Below, piece after piece: positions 1 through 12,201 of a stretch of 64,000 nt of DNA. A program made the translations under genes and the position numbers. Under the pieces are notes generated by a model. The model saw only the letters and a program-made list of their open reading frames with translations, was not told the origin of the DNA and searched no databases. Every line of letters begins with the position of its first letter. The first letter of the stretch is position 1. Source of the stretch: Adineta vaga (lineage: Eukaryota > Animalia > Rotifera); the NCBI GenBank assembly GCA_021613535.1, contig CP075493.1:372001-436000 (forward strand). Reading direction: 5' to 3'.

Positions 1-1517
1 AATCGAAATAAATTGCGCACTGTTTTTACTAATGGGACAGCGAACAATGGAAGCTTTTTAGGTATCTCCCTTCGATTTCACCGATTTCTGACCTTTAGAT
101 ACAATCTAGTGCCGTTTTAAAAATCCTAAAAAGGTTTCAGTTACTAACGCTTTCTTCAGAAGTTATGAGTAGTTTTATTTCGCTCTCACAGTGTGCAACA
201 TCGAATAGTAAGAAATTCATAGTTCTACCACAAACTTTGGTATAAAAGTCAGAACGCTGCTTTTCTAGTTGCTCTTGACCTTCAACAGTAATCAATTTCT
301 CATCTCATGTTGATCAATACTTCTGAAGTGTGCATATAGGTTACTGATAATGTTTTATTCATACATTACTTTGTTGCTAGTACACGTATTAGTCAAATTG
401 AACAGAAAACTAATTGGCTCTCCTGGTAAAAGTGACATCTAGATAACATCCAAATTTTAGTGTATGATGTAAATAGATGTCACATGTATATGGATACCAT
501 AAGTTGTTAGTAAGATATTGGTAAGTTTTGTTATTATATGCGTGATTGTATAGTATTATTATACGCTCTCCAGAAAGATGTAAAAAGTCAGTTGTACAGA
601 CAACGATTTCACCGCGAAAAATATTACATTAAAATAGATGTTAGCTCCTCTCCTCTCGCTTATCGAAAACTGCAGGTCACAAGTTATTGTCATTCTCGAT
701 CTGTCCTTGTTACGGCCACCGCTCCTTAATTCTGACACCGACAATGACTCACAACAGCTCGAAGTAGCTGAAAATAACTCAGAATGACCTTAAGCGACTT
801 AGAGTGTCTTGAAGTAAGTTTAAAATACTTGAAAGTAGTCCACATTCACTTCAAGTACAAAACTACACTGTTTCCTTTGTTTGTTGATTGCCAGTCACAT
901 TTCCACTCTTTGAATATGTATGGATGACGCTTGTCACAAGTGCCATCAAAACCGTGTATGAAGAAAGATAAACTAAAGAAACCTGGTTGCTTTAATGATA
1001 GAAAGATTATGTGAAGCGGTAATGCCTATATTTGTAATGCGCTCTGCTCAATAAAGGCGATGCTGCATTTCACTAAGTTAAACATAGCGGAGCATGTTTA
1101 TATAACACAAGATGATCGCAATAACAGTTTTGTATGGGTGTTAATAGACTTTGTTTGATAAAACGGGCCCATTTTGTAACCGAAATTGTACACCATATTG
1201 CTCAAGTTTAAGTAGGTCTCGCCTAGTATACAAGTTTTTTGTCTACGTAGTCCGGCAGGCGTTGAATACAACGATGTTTTTACGCCTAAACAGCGTACAT
1301 TTTCACTCGTTACAAAGTCGCCTTTTAGAAGAAAAGCAAGTTTGTGCATGTTAATGCTGTAAAACTTATGCGTTTCAGAAGAAAATCCTTATTTTACACT
1401 TTCAAATTCGCGCTTTTTAAGAATAAAAACAACACTTTCGTCCTTACTTTTCCATCTGCGTAATAATATTAGAACCCGACATCAAATTCGATATAAAAGA
1501 AATAATATCGTACTTGC

Positions 1518-2176
1518 CTACAGAATTCGGATCGAGTGGCTTATCTAATTTTTGTGGAGGGTAATAGATCAGTATCGTTTCAGTTAACGGTTTTTCTGTT
1601 AATGAGTCGAAGTATTTTTCGGGCAGATCCAGTGCCAATGCAAATGCTCTGGCAAGTTGACGTGCCAATTCTATCATAGCAGAAAAATAACCATCGTAAA
1701 GAACTTCGCGAAACCCTATGATACAGTGTGAAATTTTTGTTTATTGTCAACAAAGCTAGCACGTATTTACCTGGCAGTTCGGGCCACCGGTTCGGTCCAT
1801 AGAGTTTGCCTCCTTGTTTGATAAGGGGATCATCCTCCTTCATCTCCAGTGAAAAGTCAAATATTTCTTTGAAATCACCCTTCTTATCTGAAAAATTTTC
1901 CACAAAGATTGGTGAATATCCACGACCATCGTCATAAGGCTGCCCTCGCACGGCTTGCTTCATTTTAACATCTAGTGGTAGTGCGAAATAACGTTTAGAC
2001 TGTGCCATCGCATCTTCAGTTAGTTGTTTAGACACGCCATGGTTTTTCAAATAGAAAAAGCCTACATTACGGCAGGCTTCACCAATTGTTTTAGCGGTTT
2101 TAATCTTTTCTTCCATATTGCCATTTAAAAATTGCTCGAAATCAATGACTGGTATTTCGTCGAAGTCTGTCGTCAT
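1518..2176 (-). CDS. 2-oxoglutarate/Fe(II)-dependent dioxygenase (IPNS-like, DIOX_N domain), first two exons only
   Basis: ATG at 2176 gives MTTDFDEIPVIDF..EACRNVGFFYLKNHGV..YFALPLDVK..RGY..DFKE..GPNRWPELP. A 55-bp GT-AG intron (1716-1770) joins this in frame to GFREVLYDGYFSAMIELARQLARAFALALDLPEKYF..IYYPP. Exon 2 probably ends at an AG|GCAAGT donor (1517). The HxD...H exons were not found in the window. Confidence 0.85.
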
Positions 2177-4162
2177 ACTGTTGATACGTAAGCTACAGAT
2201 GATTATATCTATAAATTGATTGAAAGTGTCATGCAAGGAGTCAAGTGTTGCAATGGAGCACCAAATTATGCTCGAACGTGATGAAAGATGCTGCGGCGGT
2301 ATATCATAAGTTTCTACCTCATTTGAAATTCTCGGTATCTTTGAAATATTCAACGATAGAGCGACAGTAAAGATATATATGTTAAGAATAACGTATAAGG
2401 TATCCTTTAACATAAATTGCTTTCAATTCATAGGTACCCTAGGAAAGTGCTTTCTTGATAAAATATTCGAAAAACTTTTTTATTTTTATTTTTTATTTGT
2501 CTCCTATATGCTTGAAGAAATATAGCAGCCACTCACTGTAATCGAAGTTATCTTGCTCAATATCAGAGTACAGAATTATGCACACTTTTTTGAGGCAATC
2601 TCTCTGAAAAACAGCAATCTTACTAGGCGAGCAGTCTCATAAAGACTGCAGTTTTTTGCACAGATCTATGCACATAAGTATTGCCTTCACTGCGAAAGAA
2701 ACCATATCTAGATATATTGTGATGTTTGCAGGTTATTAGTTAATTAGAAACTGCAAAAGACCTTTTTTCCAAAAAGTGCGTTGGCACCGAAAGGATTGAA
2801 CAAATTCGACTAAAAATTTTCAACTTACAATGACGATTCGTTTCATGTAATTCTTCTGTACCGGTCACTTCTCGCGACTCATCTTGATTTATATATAATC
2901 AGTACGGTTTTATGTTTCTCTGGTTGACGTGTGATATTATGACGCTCTTGTCCCATATATATACATCCAGAGACGAATTTTCTTCTTTACTCGCAGTGTG
3001 TAATGATAACAGAACAGCAAAAGTACCGCATAGTAACTAACTGTTATTTCTTTCGAGACAGATAGTAACAAAATAGAAATAAAAGTTATAAAGTTTTTTC
3101 CAATAGTTTGATTAAAAAAAGACGTTCTCACAGTTACATAAATTAGTTCTAAAAACACAGGAAAAAAATGGGATCGAACCATATAAAATACCCTTTGTTG
3201 TACGAAAATAACGATTTTTAATAAACCTTATCCTCTCTCACGATCATCTCAGATTTTCTTAGTTTGGACAAACAACTTGACCCTTCGCGCCATCGACGCT
3301 AATATATGAAGTATTGAAATGACATTCGTAAATGCATTCATAAAAGAGAACAACAACAGCACACTATGCAATCCTCATGAATTATCGAGCAAATTAAGAA
3401 AGGTTTACCATCTTACATGAATTTTGTATAGTTGTTTTTCAAAAGAAAGCAAGTGTCAGCTATGGTTACTTTCCAAAGCCAATACACAGTAGCTTAACTT
3501 TTTTTAGAGAGCGTTATAAACATAACCACTCAAAAGCAACAGGATATTACGCACTTCTTCGTTGAATGTTGAGAAAAATTTTTCGCTAAAAACTTGCGAT
3601 CCAAAGCATTCATTTTCTTTTGACGAATGTTAAAATTATTTCACTACACAATGGACTATTCTGGGAAAGATTTACATAAGTGAACAAACCCCTTCGGAAA
3701 AGACTGCTTTTTCCACACGCCAATACATAATGAATTCCACGTCTTTTTCGCAGACTACAAAGTGTCGGATTAAAGTCTGCACTGGTTCGGATGCACAGAA
3801 ACTGTGATCGCTAAAATCCTCTTCATTTTCAACATCTCTGCTATAAGGCCAAAAGATTCTGTAAGCTCAGAAAATTTTAGCCATCATCAAGCTGAGCCTA
3901 TACCGCCAGAATCCCGATTTCGTCTTATTTTTCTCATTCATTCGTAAACTTGCATTGTTTAAATTAATGAGTTAGGCGGATAAAACTCTCAGACAATCCT
4001 ATCGAAGTCTTATTGGATCTTAAAAAATTCTACTATCTGATTGGTCAGGGATTCTTGGGCGAAACAATCAATGCAAAATTTTCCGCAAAAGAATGATCAT
4101 ACTTGGATACTTCACTAGCGATTTTCACTAATATATAACATACTTACGAAAGTGGCTAGCAC

Positions 4163-5052
4163 TTTTTGAACAATTTGTTGTTTAGAGTATATAGTCCATC
4201 ATAATATGCTCTTTTGAACGAGCGGTTTTTCCGGCAAAAAGCGATCAGGGTCTTGTAATTATATGGACAGAAAACCTCCAGTTCTGCGTGTTGAAATTCA
4301 TAGTGGAATAGGATGTATAACAACTTGGATGACTTTAACTTCAACTAGAAGAAATGCTGTAGCCGATCTTTTGAATTGAATTATTCTCTCCACATAGGTC
4401 ACAAAATAGTTGAATCCATGTAAATGAAAAGAGTAGAAGAGGGATCATCTTTTATTAATTAGAAAACTTAAAAAATCAGCTTTTGTATTAAATTTTATAA
4501 TTTATTTATGACAGAGTTGGCACACAGTTAATTCCAACTCTTTATCTCTGTCCTAAAAAGGATATTTTTTCACAAAATGATATCCGAAAGAGCGTCTGAG
4601 GCTCTATGATGTGAAACAGGCTTAAGGTTTTACCTAAATAATTTTAGCCATTTTTTGGATCAAAACCTTTTTCAGGATAGAGATAAAGAGTTGGAATTAA
4701 CTGTGTGCCAACTCTGTCATAAATAAATTATAAAATTTAATACAAAAGCTGATTTTTTAAGTTTTCTAATTAATAAAAGATGATCCCTCTTCTACTCTTT
4801 TCATTTACATGGATTCAACTATTTTGTGACCTATGTGGAGAGAATAATTCAATTCAAAAGATCGGCTACAGCATTTCTTCTAGTGAAAGTTAAGTCATCC
4901 AAGTTGTTATACATCCTATTCCACTATGAATCAACACGAAGAACTGGAGTTTTCTGTCCATATAATACAGACCCTGATCGCTCTTGACGAAAACCGCTTG
5001 TCAAAAGAGCATATTATGATAGACTAATACTCTAAACAAAGTTGTCCAAAAA
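4163..5052. repeat. Long inverted repeat (~400-bp arms, ~100-bp spacer)
   Basis: 4346-4549 is the exact reverse complement of 4679-4883. The outer parts of the arms match with many single-base indels. Confidence 0.9.
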
Positions 5053-6064
5053 ATATTGCAGAGATGAGCTGCGTTGGTGAATCCTGATTAATATGCTTGC
5101 CAGTATCGAATATGAAGACATTCTTAAATAAAAACATTACGCAGTGTTACAGCTGAAGGCGTTTCACACAGGAGTATATTCATATCGGACGCTGTATGAG
5201 TATTCACTATATACAACGATAGCCTTTAACACTGACTGATTATACATGGTTTTGCTCCGTTCTCTAAAGTAATAATAATGAGAACGTTTGATGTGATGAA
5301 TACGCATGGCTGCATTCTAATCTCCCCAAAATTTGAAAAAAAATGGTATTTTACTAAATCGAAAAAGAATCTTCCCCCAAATACACAGGAAAAATCTTTT
5401 TTTAAGGTTCCGTAAAAAAAACGATTTGGTATCAAACCAGTACTTAGCAACGACTGGAAAAGGTTTTGTATTAAGGGCAATGTAACAACGAGGGAACCCC
5501 ACCAACTGATTAAAAGCTTTAACGCTTTAAGTACCAGGCCTCAGCCAACAAACGAAATTGCTTTGAGATTTTGTATTTGAGAGCACTACTAAGTGTTATT
5601 CATATACCAAATCAAAACTTCTGGAAGTTTTCAAAAACTAAACTAGTAGAGTAATAAACAGATTTATTTACAGTAACAGGCAACGTGCAGGAAAGACAAA
5701 ATCAAGTCAATTTATTTCTCATTAATTTTTGTATGATTCGATTGAGCTTGGCGAACTGGTCACAGATGTGTAATTTTTATTTTAACTCAAGTACTGTTCG
5801 ATTAAAAAAATTGTTCAAAACTCCAATGACTGAGAATATAGTACTTGATACTAATTAATATATATAATTGCTTTTCCTCGAAAAAATTCGAAGAAGCATT
5901 ATGAAAGCGTTGCCCAGCTTATTGTTTCCTGTAAAACAGGTATGTTGTGCCGCTCATGCTTGCATAGATCGATAGAGGCAAAGTTAGACTACCAAACCAC
6001 TGTATTATAATTACAAGCACATATTGTATTTACGGCTGGTTCTGTTCATCTTTGATATCTATTG

Positions 6065-6605
6065 AATTTGATTATTAAAGATTAAAATATTAGATTCAAA
6101 ATGTTTTAGATATATTGAAGATGACAGTAAGATAATATTGTGGGGTTCATTGAATGACGATCTTTGCATCATTGTACTCTATTACAAAACAAAATATACC
6201 AAAAGATGCACCATGAAAAGCGCTACGATACACACAAGACCACCTATTTCATAGATACATTTTTTGTTTTCAAAATGAGAAACGGTTTGGGCGGTCAAAT
6301 TTCGACCGTGTAAAAGTAATATCTGCTTGGTAAACGATGAATTTGTTTTTTTCTTGTTTCATCTTTTTTATAATATTTTATGCAAATTGTAGAGCTTTTC
6401 ACGGTGCATCTTTTGGTATATTTTGTTTTGTAATAGAGTACAATGATGCAAAGATCGGTCATTCATTACGGTGAACCCGTTACTTTTTACAGCTTTGTGT
6501 ATGTCTTTACTTGTCATCTTTTTTCAAGTATATCTAAAACAGGTTTTGGATCTAGTCATGTATGGTTTTGTAGAGAATGTCAAGCGCTATCTTTTAATAA
6601 TCAAA
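6065..6605. mobile_element. Foldback/MITE-like palindromic element
   Basis: gatctttgcatcattgtactctattacaaaacaaaatataccaaaagatgcacc (~6159) and its reverse complement (~6404-6456), with degenerate outer arms. Confidence 0.65.
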
Positions 6606-6929
6606 AGGGCTTTAATTACAGGGATAATTGAGGAGAAATCTTAGAAATACTGACACTACCATTATTTCTGGGACACCCGATAGATACAGGATGAAAAATA
6701 ACTTGAATTTTTCAGCAGCCTTATAAAAAGATAGAGCAAACTCAGTTCTTTATCTATCATTGTTATAAAGTTATTCAAAAAGTGCCCATATGGCCATTTA
6801 TCTCCAGAATGGACATTAGTCAGGAGTAAGCCATATAGAGAGACCTCGGGTAAGTGGACTCTACATGAGAAATCTGAATGTCGAGCTTTCTTTTTAATCT
6901 TCACCCTCATTTAAATGCGCATCTAATTA

Positions 6930-7488
6930 CAGTGGTGGACATAAATTTAAGACATTTTTATTTTTGTAATAACTCAGTCGTATTCATAGCTAAAGACTTA
7001 ATTCTTTCATAGTTAGAAAGACCTTGTTGAGGCGCGTGTGACCCGCAAAAAAGTTGTCAAAAAGAGGTATGTTTTGGATAAGTTATGACGAAAACAATGC
7101 TGTCCCAGCTGACATAAATTTAAGACACTTTCGGTATTTTTCAGTTTTTGATCTACCGAGTTTGTTTAAAAACATTAAAACATACATCCATCGATGAAGA
7201 ATTCTGTGCTCTACATTTTGCAAAAAAACAATTTTGATTCATCATCAAACCATAGTAGTTTAAGAACTGCATTTTGATCTGTCAAAGGGAATCAACCTAT
7301 TGCGAGATGAGTAGGACAACGAAGACAATAAGTCTAAAGCTCAACTAGCGCATGAAATAAAATGTTAAAAACTGAACAAGACGGTATCATTTTTGTGCGA
7401 AAACATTACATTCAAGAGTGAAATAACAAAATCGCTACGTCAAAAACTGAAAGGTACTGAAAATGTCTTAAATTCATGTTCAACACTT
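6930..7488. mobile_element. Tc1-like non-autonomous element (IR/DR-type ends), degenerate
   Basis: TA followed by CAGTGGTGGACATAAATTTAAGACA at 6930. The motif gacataaatttaagaca repeats at 7111, and an inverted copy tgtcttaaattcatgttcaacact lies at ~7464-7487. Confidence 0.55.
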
Positions 7489-7734
7489 TGGTGCTAGATT
7501 CCAACCTTAGGATGCCATCAAATCGGAAAATTGGACTAATCGCTCTACTTACATAAAAAACAAGCTCATGAAGTACAGTTCACTCGCTAGCGTTTGACAA
7601 AGAGCAAGTAAAATATATTAGCCTTTAATTTTCTGATTATTGGAAGAATACCAGATCCGACTCCTAAGTGCGTCTACATCTAAAAACTGGATCACTATGA
7701 TCGTAGAGGTTAGACGTTCGAGCAGTGTGACAAC

Positions 7735-7865
7735 CGTGACATAACATTTCCGCGCGCGACACTTCCGCACAATGCATCTGGCGAGGGTGAGGGCGCGCGG
7801 AAGTGTTGTTTTTACGTGTTGCGCGGAAATGTCGTGTGCGCAAATGTCATGTAACTTGTGGTAAC
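7735..7865. repeat. Short GC-rich palindromic element with a telomere-like core
   Basis: acatttccgcgc/acacttccgc on the left and gcggaagtgt/gcggaaatgt on the right enclose gagggtgaggg at ~7781-7793. Confidence 0.6.
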
Positions 7866-8180
7866 AAGTGAGAAATGTCATCTGCTTAAAGTATGCATCT
7901 GTAGGTTTTCGAAACAAAGAAAATTCTCTGTTCAGACACTCTGAGTCATCGTTCTACTAGAAACACTGCTTACAATAGTGGAGAAAACCTTCTTTGCTTC
8001 ATTTTTATACCTAAATTTCACATAACGTAAAAGTTCAATATTTCTTTCTAGACAACCCAACAGCTGCCTATATTTTAACCTCAATAGTCTGGCGATGAGA
8101 GCTTTAATTTGACCTGAATATATGCCATTTTCCTCAGGGACAGTACAGTCATCTCTATTGTTAGCAAACATCATGAAAAA

Positions 8181-8523
8181 ATGACGTTTTTTCGTAATAT
8201 ATTCCCTATAACTCAGCCATAGTATGAGCTGAAATTTTGTACAACAGTGGGGTGCTCAAACGGGTATAACATATAAAAAAATTGTTTAAATTCATCGAAG
8301 CGAACTGAAGTTAGTAGCGAAATACAGTAAAATCTCAGTTTTACTATAAAGTTGCAGCTGAGATTTTACCGTATTTCGCTACTAACTTCAGTTTACTTCG
8401 ACCAATTTAAACAATTTTTGTATATGTCATACCCGTTTGAGCACGCCACTGTTGTACAAAATTTCAACTCATTAGCTCATACTATGGCAGAGTTATGAGG
8501 AATATATTACGAAAAAACATCAT
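8181..8523. mobile_element. Palindromic MITE-like element (~160-bp arms, ~19-bp loop)
   Basis: ttttttcgtaatatattcc..gaagttagtagcgaaatacagtaaaatctcag pairs with ctgagattttaccgtatttcgctactaacttc..ggaatatattacgaaaaaa. Confidence 0.75.
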
Positions 8524-8647
8524 TGTGTGATGACATGTGCAAAGAAAAGGACATTTTTTGATTATAATAAAAGAAGAGAAAAAGAATATAAGCAGGCTCT
8601 TTTGTACAGCGCTCGACACGTAGGTGAAGTTGGCACCATATTCGAGT

Positions 8648-8907
8648 AAAACCTTCCCATATTCGTTCAGGTAAGCGTTCCAACAATCCCAACTAGCGTT
8701 CCAGATGCCCCTCGACTAGCTCTATCGAATGGTGTCCTTGAAATTATCATAGCTCCAACCGACTCTCTGGAAAACCCAAATACCCAGTATAGTACCAGGA
8801 ACTACTTAGCAAAACTTTCCCATATTTGTTTAAGTAAGCGTTCCAACTATTTCAACTAGCGTTCCAGATGCAACTCGACGAACTCTATCGAATGGTGTTC
8901 TTGAATT
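8648..8907 (+). repeat. Two diverged direct copies of a ~100-bp unit (period ~163 bp)
   Basis: ttcccatatt..gtaagcgttccaac..caactagcgttccagatgc..ctctatcgaatggtgt occurs at ~8655 and ~8817. Confidence 0.8.
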
Positions 8908-9653
8908 GATGATGGGTTTAGTTGTCTTTGAGAAAATCTTAAAATATCCAGCTCCGCGCGTAAGATCAGTTTGGCAGGTTTTCTAAAGGACTCACTCCAC
9001 AAAATACTCAAAGCCTGCAGTCATTTCTACTGATTTAACAGACAAAGTTAAATAACTTCATTACTTCAATAGCTCATTCCGCAACAACTGAACAAAAACG
9101 ATAATTACTTACTCCATAGCTAAATTACTATTTATTGTAGTACGTTCAGGTGTTGCAGAATCCTGTCGTGAGCAGGTTTTCTTGTTCTTATAAAGTTGAA
9201 CAGGATTTTTAATAAAACGTAATACATTCTCATCAACAGATCCATGTAAGTTATACTCATTTGATTGATGATAAATAAGAAGATTATGAGTAATTAGCCA
9301 GAGCAATCTGGCCTCATCCCACCCGCTCGATTCGACTAATTCAAAGGTTTTACGGAGCGAGATAAACGGTTCATGTTCAGAGTTCAAGATTTTAATTTGT
9401 ATTTTGGATTCGGTTCGAAACAAAACGTATATAGGAAATAAAGCAGAACCGATGTTGCACGTATTTGTTACTGAATATACTCGATCTATAAATAAATAAT
9501 TGATATTTTATGAAACAGACGATGAAAAATAAACATGAACCTTCAAAACATTTCTTGTTAATACCGAAAGGTGGCCACATAAGAGAACATTGATCAATCA
9601 TCACGATGTGACGGAGTCGATATACCAATAACGAATCAACTTTTTCGGCGATT

Positions 9654-11134
9654 TTGTGCGACTTGAGTAATCGAGCGTCAGAAATACAAGCATTAGTTTC
9701 TGATACGAACAAACAGTTACATACTTTAGAAGTTTCTGTATTGACTAATACAAACAGTATAATTCAATTACCACGCTCATTTAGTAAAGCTCAAGAAAAT
9801 ATGGAAATCATGAGGACTAATATGAAAATCATAGCTAAACATGTATCGCGGCTAGATTATTTTGTCGAGGCACAAACGCGCTATAATTTAAAAAACCACG
9901 CAGAACGTATTTATGAGAGGATGAAGAGCTCCATGCGCCGTATCGAGAACAACGATCTTAACTTGGATTTTGTGGGAATGACAGAACAAAATGAAATTTC
10001 AGAAATCGCTTATGAGCATCTTAAACACTCGGTGCCCAATACAAGAGAGTCGAAAGCCACGTTTATATCACGTATGCTCTTTGCGCAAACTGTACAGTTT
10101 GTCGCATCAGAAAATGACTTACGTACCAACGATACTACAGGATATTATCCAGAGCATTTGGGTAACATCGTCTTCACGTCTTATTTTGCAGCTCTCAAAG
10201 CTAATGTGAATGACAAGATTCAGGTTTATAAACTTACCTCCTTACCATATTTCATCGATGATAAAGCAGAAGGAAAAGAGGTTTTTGGATTGCCAAAAAT
10301 AATGGGCTTATCTAGTAGTGGATATATTGAATGGCGAGAAATTAGAGAACAGAAAGCATGTGATTTTGGAGACTACACGATTTCTCGCGATCCGCCAATT
10401 GTGCAGACACGTATAAACAATATGTGCTTAGAACAACTAATGTCGACCGACCGTTCGTTTCATTGCCAGGTTCAGGATTCTGTTTATAGTTCTCCACATT
10501 TTGAGAAAATAGCGTCCAACGTAATGACATTGTCTACGAGGACGCCCATAAATTGCACCAGGAATGGAGGATTTCATGTTTTCAAAAATTTGACGATTAT
10601 TCACTTAGGATGTAATGACAGCTTCTATTGTGAAGGTAGCATAAACTTTATGGGAGATAAGCGATGTCAGACAGTAAAACCATACATAATAAAAACTGTG
10701 AATGACGATATTGTTCAAACCGTTGAATCCATTCGTCCGTTGAATATGACTTTACCGAAAGTATATCCTTTTGCGACGGATAAAAACCTTCTACTTACTT
10801 TAGAAGAGCAGATGAGAACTCAAAAAAAAATATAAAAGAAACGGAAAACACTGGTATTAGTTTGTCTCGAGGAGGAAATCTGAGTGCAACAAGACCTTTG
10901 GTTATCATTTTCACTGTTGTACTGACTATTCTTATTATAATAGTCAGCGTCGTCACGGTCTATTTTTTTTGTCGATGCCGTCGTAAATTTCATAAAGCTC
11001 CAACATCAATAATAAAGATTAGCACCACAACAGATCAACCTGTCAATTCATCAGCACAATCAACAAAAGACAATATGGGTAGTCTCTATGACTTATTAGC
11101 AGCATTCGATAAAAACAAAGAAAATAAACATTAG
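9654..11134 (+). pseudogene. env-like (class I fusion-type) glycoprotein remnant, probably from an LTR retrotransposon or virus
   Basis: The 393-aa frame has an N-terminal heptad-like helix (LSNRASEIQALVSDTNKQLHTLEVSVLTNTNSI), a Cys-rich region and N-glycosylation sequons (NCT, NLT, NDS, NMT). A frameshift at the A-run (~10822-10830) leads to a TM helix (LVIIFTVVLTILIIIVSVVTVYFFC) and a basic stop-transfer (RCRRK). There is no ATG start, and the upstream frame is interrupted. Confidence 0.6.
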
Positions 11135-11394
11135 CCCAAATTCATTGTTGACATCGTCATTTATATGTTTGTCTCTATGTTGTTTTTGTGTATTCATAGA
11201 GATGTATTTGTATTTGTTAGGTGGCAATGATTTTTGAAAGACATGAGTTTGATAGAGTTATGATCACATGCACTATTTTTATTCCAGATATTTTAGAAGT
11301 CAAAATGGTAAAATCCTGATTTTCCGAACATGGATTTGAATGATTTTAATTTTCTGCTTTTTTGACTAGCATTATCGTTGATACCAGGCCTGAA

Positions 11395-11732
11395 TGGTTA
11401 TGTACCACTACACTTGTAGTTAGACAAAACTGTTTTTTTGCTTTTATTATTATATATGATGCATTTTTATCTTATGGACGTTTTATTTTTATTGTTTTAT
11501 AGGAGAAGTGAGCATTTTTTATCGATGGTATAGGCAATCGGCCGATTGCCTATACCATCAGTAAAGTGAACTTTTCTCCACGAAGAAAATAGATGAAAAC
11601 AAAAGCGATGCGTACTTTTATAGAGGCTAGTATGAGGATTAAAACAAAAACAAAATTTCGCTCCAGCACCTCCCTACGAAAACTAGATAGGTTTACAAGA
11701 TCCACCTATAAGTAGTGTAGTGGAACACATGA
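11395..11732. mobile_element. Palindromic element with a perfect 36-bp central palindrome
   Basis: gatggtataggcaatcgg|ccgattgcctataccatc at 11524-11559. Outer inverted matches are atgtaccactacacttgtag and ctataagtagtgtagtggaacacat. Confidence 0.6.
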
Positions 11733-12127
11733 GAAATGCCACCATTTGAAAAATTTTTGGGGTAATAATGATTTCAGAGGTTTTTTAGAATCAGTTTTTA
11801 ATGCTGAATCTAAAAAAAATATTTTCAAGAATTTTCAAGAACCGAAAAATAGTGATTTTTGCATATTTCGTCCAAAAACGTGATTTTGGGGAGAACTCAG
11901 GTTTTTCAAGGATTTTGCGATTTTTGACTACAAAATAGCTTCTAAAAAGGATAAAAAGTAGTGCATCGTGATCAGCAGCTCACGCTCTATCAAACCATGT
12001 GTAAAAAAAGCAAAAATAAATTTCACTCGATTTTTGCATTGCGTGCACCTTATATCAAAGAAAATTTCTTCTAACTACAAAATATATTTAAAGGCAAAAA
12101 CCAAGTGTACGGTTAATTTTGTCGTTA

Positions 12128-12201
12128 GGGAGCATTTCAAAATTTTTGCCGGCAGAACTTCAGAGCGGCCGGCTGGCCGACATAAATTTTGAAATGCTCC
12201 C
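12128..12201. mobile_element. 74-bp PIF/Harbinger (Tourist-like) MITE
   Basis: 18-bp TIR GGGAGCATTTCAAAATTT...AAATTTTGAAATGCTCCC flanked on both sides by TTA (12125-12127, 12202-12204). Confidence 0.75.

Noticed and set aside
2177-2413. N-terminal extension of the 277-aa ORF
   Set aside because: Homology starts at MTTDFDEIPVIDF (2176), and a TATA-like tataaa-type sequence lies just upstream at ~2210. The ORF's C-terminal part reads through an intron.
8590-11250. Complete LTR retrotransposon around the env-like ORF
   Set aside because: No paired LTRs, PBS, gag zinc knuckle or RT motif could be identified.
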